From the NCBI GenBank assembly GCA_012295275.1, contig CM022669.1, positions 7,192,001-7,256,000 of the forward strand: DNA of 64,000 bases. Direction: 5' to 3'. Every line of letters starts with the position of its first letter. The first letter of the stretch is position 1. Shown here piece by piece: positions 31,501-44,306 of this stretch. The position numbers were made by a program, and so were the translations under genes. The DNA is from Chrysomallon squamiferum. Taxonomy: Eukaryota; Animalia; Mollusca. The notes under the pieces were generated by a model that saw nothing but the letters and a program-made list of their open reading frames with translations, was not told the origin of the DNA and made no database searches.

Positions 31501-31990
31501 AAGGTTGCAACTGCTGTATAATTACTTCCAATTATACAAAACATGCTTATGAATTTTGTTTACAATACTGTATTAATAGCTGTATTAATTTATGTGTAAA
31601 ATACAAAAAATGTCTAAAATAAATAATTACCGTGGTGACCGTATCTGACTGTTTAATTACACGTCTTAACTTCTGGTAAATGCGTTCGTAAAAACAGAGC
31701 TGTACTGAGAACAAATATCTTTGGTTTTAGGAGCAAGATTAAGAGCTCGTTTGTAATAACCTTCTGCATTTTCAAAATCCTTCTGCTTTTCTTCCACAGA
31801 GCCAAGATTTTCTAGAGCTTGAACCGTTGAGTTAAGATCACCTAAAATTTAAAGAGATTAAAAACAATCAGAATTAATTTATTATTAAATAAAAATTATA
31901 TTTTAGTTTAAACAAAACTGAAAACAAGTGTTTTAAACCTAACAGTTAAATATAAAATGGCAAAAACAGTCATTGTTGGAATGGGTTTTA

Positions 31991-32035
<45 letters not shown>

Positions 32036-33118
32036 TATTACAAAACAAATAATAAATAGACATCCATGCAAAAAGGTCATTAACTGTTATTCATCATTTT
32101 AGCACTAGTAGTTTAGTTTGTAAATCTGTAGTATTCAAATAGTTAGTATTATAAAACCAACACACACACACACAAACACACACACACAAATGCACTATAT
32201 TAAATGAACTTATACTTTAATTAAATGACATACGACTGTTCCTGGCTGCCCAAAGAGCATGTAAAAAAGCTTCTTTAGCATTTTCTATCTGTCCCAGCTG
32301 ACTGTATGCATAGCCCTGATTAAGAAAGCAATGACCTTGATTCTGCATATTTTTTAATTTTGCTAAAAATAAAAAGAACCATACAAACATTGAAATATAA
32401 ATAAATAAATAGTGTGTAATAAATGAAAAACATTCAGTAGTATAAAATTCATCACCTACCTTCTGTAAATAAATGATACATATTCTGTGGTTTTCACATA
32501 TATGTTACTCAGATTCAGTATTATTCACGTTTCCAGCTGCAGTTTTATTATACAGTAGACCTTCAATTAATGGACTAATAGTAGTGTTTGTTATTTCTGA
32601 AGTTTGTTAAATCACAAATGTTTTAAAATGATAAGACTGCAAAATTGTAACTCTTTAATCACTTAATTCTAACAATGTGAAAAAATGGTCAGGCTGAGCA
32701 TGATATGATATATGATAACATATTGAGAAATGCATGGGTGCATCATATCGGTTATTGATGGCACTGAGTCTTCCAGAGGAATACAAGAGGGTTTACATAA
32801 ACTAAGTAACTTGCATTCAAAATTCTTTATAAAAATTATTCTTGATGTTTTGCATTTATCAAAATGTTTATCATCTGACATGTGTTGTGCAGTACATACC
32901 AAATATTTCAGCAGCACATCTCTCAAGTCCAATAGCTTCATCACATTTGTTCAGGTAACATTTGACAACTCCACTGTTTTGATTAAGTGCTGCTCTAACC
33001 TTAGATGGGTCTTGGGAAATCACCTCTAAACCTCGGGTAAAACAGTCATCTGCTTTGTCCACATCATTTCTTCGTACATAAAACAGACCCAGGCTGTTGT
33101 ACATATTAGCTGTTTGTT

Positions 33119-33156
<38 letters not shown>

Positions 33157-33890
33157 ACAATAACTACAACAACAACAATACAAAGTAATCAAAATAATAG
33201 CAGCAATATCAAAATACTATTATTAATAATTTAATAGCTATATATTATAATTATATTTATGCATGTTAAATGGTTATACATTTTTTTAATGATTTTATTT
33301 TATTTTTTATTTTATTTATTTATTTATTTATTTCCGTCATTTTATTATGTCTTAGATTCGCATTTACATTCCTGCTGGAATTTTAATAGGCCTATATATC
33401 ATATATAAATATGAATTAGATTTTTACTTACTTACATATAGAAATTGTCTCATTGTTAATTGAATTATTAACAACATAATCATATGTTTACATTATTATT
33501 ATTATTATTATAAAATATACGTTTTGCATCAATTCGATTCGTTTTCACAACTTACCCAAAGTGGATGGCAAAATATTGTTCTTATGTTTCAAAAGAGCTG
33601 CATAACAGAAGTCTCCATCGACTTGATTATCGTTACCATTGTTGTCTGCTTCATCACACTCTACCAAATATTCTAACAAAGTACTGATACATTTTTCATA
33701 ATTTGCCATTTTTTCGTAAGCTGACGAAAGTTTCTTTAGCCATTGTACATTCGACTGGGAGTCGGTTCTTGTCAGATCGACCAATCTCTTCAATACGTAG
33801 ACTTCGTTTTCAGCTGCCGTTTTATCTTTGCTGTATGCTTGGTAGGCTTTTTCGAAATATCTTAGCACCTGATCGTCACAACCCTTCTTT
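18750..33890. repeat. Near-identical 7.57-kb direct tandem duplication (~18750-26320 / ~26320-33890)
   Basis: Constant offset of ~7566-7576 (e.g. 22396/29965, 19848/27423, 21461/29027). The differences seen are mostly homopolymer or microsatellite lengths. Confidence 0.92.
22396..26340 (-). CDS. TTC24-like locus A, module A2: 5'-truncated exon 1, TPR exons 2-5, one micro-exon, no tail
   Basis: Exons 25986-26340, 25328-25537, 24659-24787, 24061-24269, 23056-23129, micro-exon 22396-22437. All are in frame and nearly identical to A3. Confidence 0.6.
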
Positions 33891-34264
33891 TCGAAGGCAA
33901 CTGCCAAATTAAAATACAAATCTCCTCTCGGAAAATCAATGACTGAATCTTCAGGCGGTAACGCTCTTCGAAGATATTCGATGCCTTTGTCTACTGACTC
34001 TTTGTTATGGCTAGCTGTATATGCCGCACCAAGATTTAAAGCACATTTTTGCTTAATGACTGGAGATCGTAAAGATACTGAACTTTTGTAAGCTTGTGTA
34101 AAGTAACTCACTGCTTTGTCCAACTGTCCTCTGTTCTTGTGTTTTTCTCCAAGTGTAGAATATTTCTTGATATCAGAAACAATTTTCTTCCTTTCTCTCT
34201 GGTTTTTGCTTTTCATTATGTTTATTAGTTCTTCTTCTTTTAATCCATTATATTCGCTTTCCAT
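29965..34264 (-). CDS. TTC24-like locus A, module A3: full ATG exon + TPR exons + one micro-exon, no tail of its own; +2 frameshift in exon 4
   Basis: Exons 33556-34264 (MESEYNG…CALNLGAAY…GDLYFNLAVA), 32900-33109, 32234-32362, 31631-31841 (211 nt vs 209 in sister copies; A5 vs A3 run at 31690-31694), 30627-30700, micro-exon 29965-30006. Confidence 0.7.
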
Positions 34265-34799
34265 TACTATTTACTAGTTGTTGTTTTTTAATCCTTTTAA
34301 TTTTTTAATTATTTGTCTCCCTTGAATTTCTGTAATTAAAAATAATAATTATAGCCTACCATTGTTTAAAACAAAAATTAAAAATACTATCCATACATGT
34401 ATATATTATAATTTATAATAATTATTATTTTTTTAATTACTGTTGGTAAATTAAATATTATAAATCCAAGTGTAAATTCTCTCTGTGTGTGTGTGTGTGT
34501 GTGTGTGTGTCGTTTTAGTTTTGCACTGTATGTATATATGTATATATATATATACTGCGTGTGCGTTTAACACACGAACGTTAATTTTTATCCTTACACG
34601 TACATAATTAGTATAACAGGTATATTATTTTATATAGATAAAACAACTATAAATTTATTACCTAAAAATGGCAATTATATTTTAATATTACCTAAAATGA
34701 ACATAAAAATGAAAAGACTGACTGTTGAAAAAAAAAAAAAAAAAAAAAAATGCCAAAGACACTGTATAATTTCAATACATTGATAGTAATTTTATTTAC

Positions 34800-35030
34800 C
34801 ATAGCCCGCAAGAAATGGCCTCTATGGAGATGTTGGAAATGTGTTTCACCGTTTCGAAGTTATTCGTCTGTAAATATAACCCATATTAAATATTTTGCAA
34901 CCAAATTTTGCAGAAATGCCAATAAATGATAATAATTATATAAGAAGATTATTATGCACTACATTAATCAAAGATATGTACAACTGAAAAAGACGCATCT
35001 GTTTATTTACATAATCTCCATTGACAACCG
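34800..35030 (-). promoter_or_regulatory. Putative non-coding first exon / promoter of locus A (paralog at 49881-50115)
   Basis: Conserved donor G|gtaaat at 34799/49880 and acceptor ttacag at 34330/49230 upstream of the ATG. There is an X-box-like ATCTCCATTGACAAC (35014-35028; 50101-50115) next to a forkhead-like GTTTATTTAC. Confidence 0.35.
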
Positions 35031-37283
35031 AAAGAGTTAACTCCCTTCTAATAATTTGTAATATTACGGAGATTGCCGAACATTGATAAATAAATCAATA
35101 ATTCGGTACACATAAACAAACTTTATTATATAATTATTTAATCATAAAATTATCTAACGTATTATTACAAATCTTTTAAAGTAAACCAGCAGTTTAAATA
35201 CAGATCTTATCAGCATCAGATTTAGTGAATTTATTGCTACGATTTTATTTTGCTGCTAGTGCTAAGTATTACAAAATATTGAACATTTTCCGTTTTTCAG
35301 ACCCCTTCTGAAACGACGACGACGACATTATGAGAGGCAAGTCGCTATTCTTCTAATGAATTTAAGAAGAAAAAAGGAGGTCTATTCAAGACAGACCATG
35401 CAGACCATTAGTCCAGCTTTGTATTCGTATCAGTTTTCAAGCATTTAGTTTTTAGCTCCAGGTTGGTTTATCAACAGCAAATAACTTGACAGCTCCTTCG
35501 GTACTTATTTTTCTCAAATGAATGAAGCACATTTTGATATTCCTAGAAGTCAAAGTCATCCAAAGCCCATACCAGGTCAGTGAAAACACCATGAAAATAA
35601 TAATGGTAAAAGTAGTAGTAATTCAACAAGAACAAATGTTAATTTCTTAATAATAAATTTAATTTCTTCAGTGTAAAATATGTACAGAGATCAGTTACAC
35701 AAGAACAAAATATTACATGTATCAATGCAGACCTTTATTATCTTAAACTCTGTCTGAATTATCACCGTAAATCTCAGTTTTATACATACAAATATGATTA
35801 GAAGACCAGCTTTATTTTAATAAAGAACATTCTATAAAGACCTGAACTAAATCCACATGTGCAACCAACCCTTAACAAATGGCAATGTCAGTGCAGACTG
35901 ATTTGTTTTTATTCTAGAAAATTAAAATGGAGACTGCTGCAGGTTTTAATTCTCCTTGGCAATGTTTCTGCCAAAGTCAAGATTCAGTTTCTCAATCCAG
36001 AACTTAAAATCTTCCAGAGCAAAACTGTCATTGAACATGGTATCGACATGATTTTTCTAAATTTGTTTTTCTATTTATGTTTTATCTTCAGATATTGTAC
36101 TGATGATTTTGCAGACTATTTGGATAATGTAAACTAAATTAAATATTAAACACTATAACACATTTTATTTAATGATGCAACATTGTATTCAGCTATATAA
36201 CACATTTTATTTATGATCGTATAGTTTTGGACATACAGTTCAGAACAACCCAGATAACGAGAGATAATTTGAAACTGCCAATCTACTTTTATTTCTACAT
36301 GTATACACTAATAGTCATTGTTTGCCCATGCTCGTCACAAACTTTATAATACTTTTTGCCACCAATTTTAGTCTTTTTACATTATTAATCTTTGTAGTGA
36401 TAATAACTTGAGATGTTTGATGTTTATTCAGAGGATTAGATAATAAATGCACAATCAACACTGATTTTGTACAAGAACATTAACTTGAGGTGTTTGATAA
36501 ATGCACAATCTACACTCTGAGTTTAGATGAAGATCCTGCAACAAAGAAGAAAGCATTGGCAACACACACAAGTTACTTATCTTGGACATATTAAGAACTA
36601 CTGTTATTTAGAAACTGTAATTTTCTTTTGCACTGTTTATATTTTGATGTAGAACTAAATGTGTTTGCATATTTTAATTTGTTTCCAATGGATGCAATTT
36701 ATATTTTGAAAATTAATCTAATGAGAATTAAGGATCAAGTTGAAATTTTTATACTAAACATGTGATTATTGCCAAAAGAAAAGGTCTGAACTTACCAAAC
36801 GTTTACACACAGAGTGTATATTTGCTTATGGAGATTTATTAGTCTCATTGTTGTCAGTTATTTGGCACATTATTACATTATAATAAATGAAATAATTAGT
36901 TTAAGTTATGTATTGATTTCAGTTTGTTATTTCCAACAAGAAAGAATGAATTTTTATGTGTTTTGATATGTAAACAAATTTAGAAAATCACCTTTTTTGT
37001 TTATTTAATAACAATAAAATACAAGCCAGTCATAATTACATGTTGCTAGTCATTATCAGATGTGGGTTATATAGTTAAAAGGGACCACAGTTCTCTGTCA
37101 GAAGTGCAATATTATGTTTTTGTTTTTATCTTTTTGCATTTATATTTATAGCATTTTATTAACATGTGCAAGATTTCTGTGTTCTGTTGTTAATATCTGG
37201 ATAGCATAATAACAACAAAATGTTTAGCTTATTGAGTGTACATAATAATGAATTTTAAGTTGTTGTTATTTAGGTCTGTGAAC
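34890..37283. repeat. Upstream flank repeated before every TTC24-like module (also ~18775-21461, ~26350-29027; partial diverged copy ~49980-51310)
   Basis: Colinear sequence starting at aaatgccaataaatgataataattatataagaagatt. The A copies end at taggtctgtgaac. Confidence 0.9.
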
Positions 37284-37324
37284 TTGTGGATATTTTCAAA
37301 GTATGCATGGCCACAAGCATAATT

Positions 37325-37339
37325 TGTACATACATGTAT

Positions 37340-37372
<33 letters not shown>

Positions 37373-37525
37373 GTCATGTACAATTATTTTTTTAGAAATG
37401 TTTGTATGTTCATGTTTGTACAAATGCATATTCTGAGTATGTCTGTATGTACGTACATATGTACATATGCATGTATGTATGCATGCATGTTTGTATGTAT
37501 GTATGTGTGTATAGACACACTTATG
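37325..37525. repeat. Degenerate (TATG)n/(TA)n low-complexity tract between locus A and paralog B
   Basis: Direct read. Confidence 0.8.
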
Positions 37526-38064
37526 TAGTGTATAGCAATGCTTTTATTTCAGAATTTTTATTCACGCACACTATATTAATATTTTAGGTAAAATAAGCCT
37601 GCATTAAGAATTGTATGTACTCAAATGTATGTAAAATGTTATAGTCCTTTTATTTCAGATTTTTAGTTTTAAGTAGAATATTAAGAGAAAAAAACAAAAA
37701 CAAAAAACAACAAGAAGAAAGTATTATTTACAGTGACAGTAGTTGGGGAAAGCAGGCAATAATTGTTGTTTTCATTTATATTTTGAAATAAAAAATTGTC
37801 TTTGTAGTGTTTACTGTTTATGAAATATTCTGATCATTGAAATTTACATTTGTTTCTTAATTGTGTGTTTTTTGTATGCATACTATTGTTTTTGAGTCTT
37901 AAAGGATATTTAAAATTTTTGGCTCGTTTTATGTTTTAGATGCTTTAAGATCTTTAAATGCATTTACTGGCACTTTGAAAAACATTTATCATGTCTGATA
38001 TTAAAATACCTTTTTATTATTTTTTTCCCCCTCATTTACATTTAGATTAAAAATTTGGACCTGA

Positions 38065-38280
38065 CAGGTATGCTTCATACACTTGACTCAGTCAGCATGG
38101 CAAAAGATTTTGGATCTAGAACATATTAACCTGTATCATACCAACCCTGACATCAAACACTTCTATGGTATGCTTGGCAGACTTGCACTTCTTCCTTTAG
38201 GTAAGTTAGAGAAGGAATGGACTGGTCACAGAATAACACACCGGCTGAGCCGGATGACCTCCCTAGCTACTTTGTGTCAA
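38065..38280 (+). mobile_element. Degenerate Mutator-like (MULE) transposase fragment
   Basis: Translation QVCFIHLTQSAWQKILDLEHINLYHTNPDIKHFYGMLGRLALLPLGK, then after a frameshift VREGMDWSQNNTPAEPDDLPSYFV. This shows the MULE CxxH motif (C.FHL.Q..W.KI) and the downstream LAFLP…YF pattern. No TIRs were identified. Confidence 0.7.
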
Positions 38281-40345
38281 GCACAGTCAGGAGAATTTAA
38301 CCAGTGCTATTCAATCCAGACCATCTTTGCTCTTCAGAAGACTGCCTCCCCTCTTCCCAAACTGTCACAGTGAAGTTTGAAATAGGACAAACAAAATATG
38401 TGAATGCTTGAACTTTGTATTTATACACATATATTTGGCTCTTTACTCTACAAAATCTCAGCTGTAGATTCAGTTGCAATGATACAGTTTCAAAGTAGAA
38501 AGAACGTAAGTTGACACCAGAAATCAGTGTACCAGTAGCATCACTACATAACTGAATTTCTTGATTGTGTTGTAAACAGATGTTGTAATTGATGCTGATG
38601 CTACATCGACATGCATGATTTTGTTAAATGTGTAAATTACATAATTTTCATTTGCTGGTCAGTAGTCAGTTGTTCATTTTTTAAACTTTTGCAGTGAATA
38701 ACTGTCCAGTATGGTGAGCAAATGTTCTAGCACCATAAATATGAACCATTAATATAAAATGTAATGTAATGCAGTGGTAAACGTTTGTAAATAAATAAAC
38801 AGTTTTATTCTAATAAATGAAGAAATTTAAAATATGACATCTGAAATATCATTTTGTGAATTACTTGCAGAGATAACTCAAGATTATTGAGTTGGCTAAA
38901 AAACAAAAAGAATCAAACAAAAATCCCCCACATAAACCACAAAGAAACAAAACAAATCAAAACAACATTAACAAAGTTAAACTTTATTTAAATAAGGTAA
39001 ATAATAAGCAAGGAAACAGAAAAATAAATGAAACTGAAGGAAAATTATATTAATAAAAAAGCAAAAAGAAAATACCATTATTTTTAGACTAAATTATTTT
39101 ATTCTGCACCAAAACTATATTGCTATTATTCTACTGATACTAGAGTTTACACCAAAGCTCTAATAATTTAGTTACAACAAACACATTCAAACATTATTAT
39201 CAGGGTTAAATTAAATGAAGACCAATTGTTAAAAATCCAGGAGTTGAAGAACTCCCAAAAAGATGCATCAATAAAATAGATTATACACTGTCTGGTAAGC
39301 TTTTTGCTTGTAACTGATTCTATTCAATGCCTTTGGATAATATTATTCTTTGTTGTTTATCACCAAATCTGGGTATTACACAAAACAGATTTGGTTAATT
39401 TGATTTTGATAAGAAAAAGCATTTAAACAGCTGGTATCACATGGCTAAATTTAAATCTGATTACAATAATTCTGCACACTACAAGCATGAAAAATTTAGC
39501 CTAATAAAAGAAAATTCGATAATAATGAATATTTAGAAGGCTAGATCTTTTTGAACAAAACAAAAATTTGTTTCTAATCTATGAATTAATAAGAAAAAAT
39601 AGCCAGACAAATCTAAAACAAACTAAAGAAATTAGCCATCTGCTTTATAGCAAGTAACTATACTGATTGTCACACAAATTAATATATTCAGCACAATAAT
39701 AATTTAAAATGCAGTACTGTGTGTAATTTATTACATAAAACCTATAAAATATAGGATGATTAACAAGCAATGTTAAGTAATGAAAAAATCCCTCTGTGAT
39801 TATAACAATTTCTTCATGCTTGCTTAGACTGTTGGCTTTGTTGAGATACAAAAATTTATTTTCGAAATGTCAATATCTTTGTTTTCTTATATAATTTGAA
39901 ACTAAATGTGTCACTGTTGAATACTGGGTTATGTACAAATATAAGGATCAACATAAAATGATAAGCAATTTGTTAATTTCATTAAACTGTGATACTTTTA
40001 TTTTTGCACATCTCGTTAAACTATGTTTTAATTTTCTTTTCAATTTCTATGTATAAAGTAACCATCACTTTGTTGTATTTGGTTTGACACCCAGTAGCTG
40101 ATATGTTTTTCATACTGGGTGTCATTAAATATTCATTCACTCACTCATTCCATTAGATAACAGTGCTGCTTCAGAGTGTAATGTAACTAATATTTCATGA
40201 TATTTAGAAATATTAGTAATAACTTGAGGTTTGTTATTCAGTAAATACAAGACATGACAGCTAAATCACAAATTAATATCCACCAAGTGATTAAAAAATA
40301 TCAGTAAGTTCTTGTGTTATTAAAGAAAACGATTCTTTTTTAATG

Positions 40346-43300
40346 TTATATGATAATACATATTTTAGATTTCGTCTTTTGTCTTGTGGACTCCTTGCTT
40401 GTTTGCTTCTTCTCATCTTTCACCTGATGACTCTCTGGCATTCTTCTTTCCCTGAAAAAAACACAGAGTAAATTTAATAACTATTTTTAAAAACAGACCA
40501 TAAAGAACTGTTAAGATATATTATTATAAAACTGATGTTTTATAAAAGTGGTTGTTATGAGATCTTTACAAAGTAAAATAAAATGTAACGTTATTTAAGA
40601 CCTTTCAGAAGCATCCTCATCCTGCTCTTCTGGTTTATTTTCTGACCTTTCCGTCTCTACCTGACTGGCTGCTTTGATCTTATCTTCTTCAAGTTGTGAA
40701 AAAACAAGCAAACAATAAAAACATTCAAGTTTTCTTACATTAAAGATTTATAACCTGATTACTTTATTTATCTCAATTAATAAATTATTTATAATGATAA
40801 AAACATGAACAGTTATTGGTAAAAACTAACTGCAATAGCATTAGTTAGTATTTTCTACCACCTATATACTACACACCTTTTTTTTATCAGCATAATACAT
40901 AAATTGACAGTCCCTTGTGAAAATAAAGAAAATAGATACATTGTTTTAGGTACTCATGTTATCTGATACTGGCTGCAATGTCAAATGACCAAGAAGGATT
41001 CATTCCAGTATTCTCTATCTTAAGCTCAGCAAATTACATTTCGAGTTTCTCATTAAGCACTAAATATTAATGAGTTAGATGATTTTTTTTGGGGGGGGGT
41101 TTGGTTGGTTTTGTTACTTGATTGATTTATCTACTGATTATTTTTGTCATAATTTTTCTTGACTAATAAGTTATTTCTAATAGTGAAAAAAAAATAACTA
41201 TTATTAGTTACATATAATATCAGTCAGAATTCACAACCATCATTACATTACCTTTTGTTGATTAGCATAAGATATTCAATGAGCAATATGATTAATTATT
41301 ACCTTCTGAAATCACTCAGCTCAAAGAAATTGTTTGGATATGAATTTAGTATCTTCTGTTAATATGTTCCATTCTTAAATTCACTGATGCAGGTACAAAA
41401 CGATGATAGACAGCATAGCAGCAATGTTAAGCAATGAAAGGTTTAAATTTACCTTTGTCGTTTTCCATTTGCTGACCAGAAGAACCTTTAATACTACATG
41501 GAGACTTTCTGAAAAACAAAAGAAATAAAAAATCAGACGACATTAGTCTGAGCATCCATTGCTGAGAACAGCTGACAGACCACTAGATGAGTATCAGTGG
41601 AGAACCAGTGATTTCCATCCAAATTTGTGTTTGTGCTGTTCTCAGAGTGATGTTTGACCCTGATTATTTTCAGTGACATATACGTTATGTTTATAAAAGG
41701 TACACAATTGAGTATTACGATTCTAATTTCACTGTAGCTTAATGTTTGTGACAGACAGAGAAAATATAAAGCTTTGACGTGTCTGCAGTAGTCATTTTGT
41801 CATTTTCACTTTCAGATGTTTGTTTTGATTTATTCGTATGTTGGACTTTCAGAGGCTGTGTCAGATTTTGAGTACTCCTGTAGCCTGTATTGTACAGAAA
41901 ATATTTAAAATTAAATAAATATCTATACCTTGATTCCTCTGCAGTATGAGAATGTGAATCTGATTTTTGTGATGAAGGATGATGTACCTAACACATACAA
42001 ACAATAATTATTTTTAGTTTAATTAACAGCATATTTACTGTCACAATTAATCAATTTTTATCATCAGTTAAATTGCATTTACTTCCTGAATTAAAACAAT
42101 TTAAAATAAAATAGAATGAAAAAGGATTTGAAAATAACAAATATAAAAAATAGTGTTATCGTTGCAAGTTCTGATAAAGACAAATTTTGTTAATTATATG
42201 CTTCTAAAATAGTTTACTTTTTTAGTTTCTGAAAGTGTTTGCATTACTTGAGCTGCAGTTGCAGACTGAGATTCTTGAGGTGGTCTGTTTGAAGAGATTT
42301 GATGTTCTGACTCTGGCGTCTCATTCTTAATTTCTAGAAGGAAAAAACAGAACATTTTGATAAATATATTTCTCATTGCAATTAGTATATCATTCCAGAT
42401 TTAATTTTCTTTTTTCCACTTTAAAAAAGAGTTTTAATTTTTTTTAATAATTACATTTTCATCATCATCATCATTACAGGTGTTCTCCTGGGTTATGTGA
42501 TGTAACCTGTCTGGAACTGAGGGAGGTTTAGAAAATATTTTTATTTTTTATATTCTTATTACTTCCTGTGCTCAGATAGATTGCAAATTAAAGCCTTTTT
42601 ATCTTTATATCCACTGGTTTAAATACTGATTACAATATGAACAAAAAACACACATATAAACAAGAATCCTTACGATTACTTTTATCTTTTTCTTCATCCT
42701 GCTTGTTACGTGTATCATCTTTATTGACAGGATTTCCTTCTTGTGTTGGTCTGACATCAATTAAAAAAGAAACACTTATTAACAACAAACTGAATATTTT
42801 TTTCACATCTGCTATGGAATAAAAAACGACAATCCTGCACCACAAAATAATAACAAAGAAAAGATAAAAAAAGATTTAAAGAAAAAAAAAGAAGAAAATC
42901 ACCTCCCTCCCCAAGAAACATCTGTCAAGTTTTATTTGGATTATACAAATAATATTTCTTAATGTTCCTTTGTTTTTCAAAGATCACTTGTTGATAAATG
43001 AAGAAAAGAAGACTGATGATGAAATTCAGGATAAGTCAAAATTCTGGATGGAGTCTTTTTCTACTTCTGTACATATTTTTTGTTGTTATTATCCTTTGTT
43101 TAAAAATACTGTTGATATATATATATATAAAAGTAATTCTTTACATTTCACACATCACATTGTGTTAGTTTCAGATGTAAATATATTATTATATTAAAGT
43201 ACAAACAAGAGAGAATTATATATCTATATTACTATTTATGTATCTGTCTGTCTGTCTATATATAGGGATGCTGTCTTTTTACGTGTTATTTCTTTACAAA

Positions 43301-44272
43301 CAGATTTATAAAAGAAGAATAACTTACTCTGTCTGCTCTTTTTTATCACCTTGATTCTTTAAATACAGTGTGTGTGTGTGTGTGTTGTCTTGTGTATATT
43401 TTGTTCCTTTACTGGAGTGAATAAAATTATTAGTTAATTTATCATTTAACTATTTTTCTGTCTTATGTACAAGACAAGTTAGATATTTTAATAACAAAGT
43501 TATAAAACAATAAAGTAACAAGACAAACTGTTGCCTGACTATCAACAATATTTATATTTGCAACTGATTCATATAAAATGAGAAACCAAAACATGGTTTT
43601 GTTTTGATTGGAGAGTCAACTTAGGTGAAAATGAAGATGTACAACTATTAAAAAAATATATATCATTTACAAAGTAACTCTTTACATTTACACACTGAAC
43701 TTATATTAGTTTCAGATGTAAATATGTTATTATAAAAATACTGCAAAATGAACACCTTCAGTTATTAGAGAATATAAAAAATAATAAAATACACCAAAGA
43801 AAAACAAAAACAAAAAAATCTCATTTAGATAGTAATTCTCTGCATTTCACACATTCAGCTGTTTTATTATAAAATACTGTAAGATGAACTCCTCTGATTA
43901 CAAAAAAAAGTACACACTTAATTCAACATATTTCTTGTTGATGTCTCATTTTTATAAAGTACTGCTAATGTATATAGAAGTAATTATTGATTGTGTGTGT
44001 GTCACTCTCTCTCTGTCTATCTTTACATATATATATAGATATGGATGTTGTCTTGTGTATGTGTTCTTTCTTTACTTACTCTGGCTGTTCTTCTGCACCA
44101 CTTGCAGAAGGTTCTTCAGTACTGTAAGCAAACACAAAATAAAATATAATTATATGCATTTATGAAAGGTTTCATATTACACATTGTTCCTTTATATAGA
44201 AGTGGAGATAAGAACAAAAGTTACCCACCTTGATTCTTTATGTACAATGTGTATGCATGTGTTTGAGTGTCT

Positions 44273-44306
<34 letters not shown>

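Noticed and set aside
38083-38373. 96-aa ORF as a functional gene
   Set aside because: It is a frameshifted transposase relic with a TTG start.
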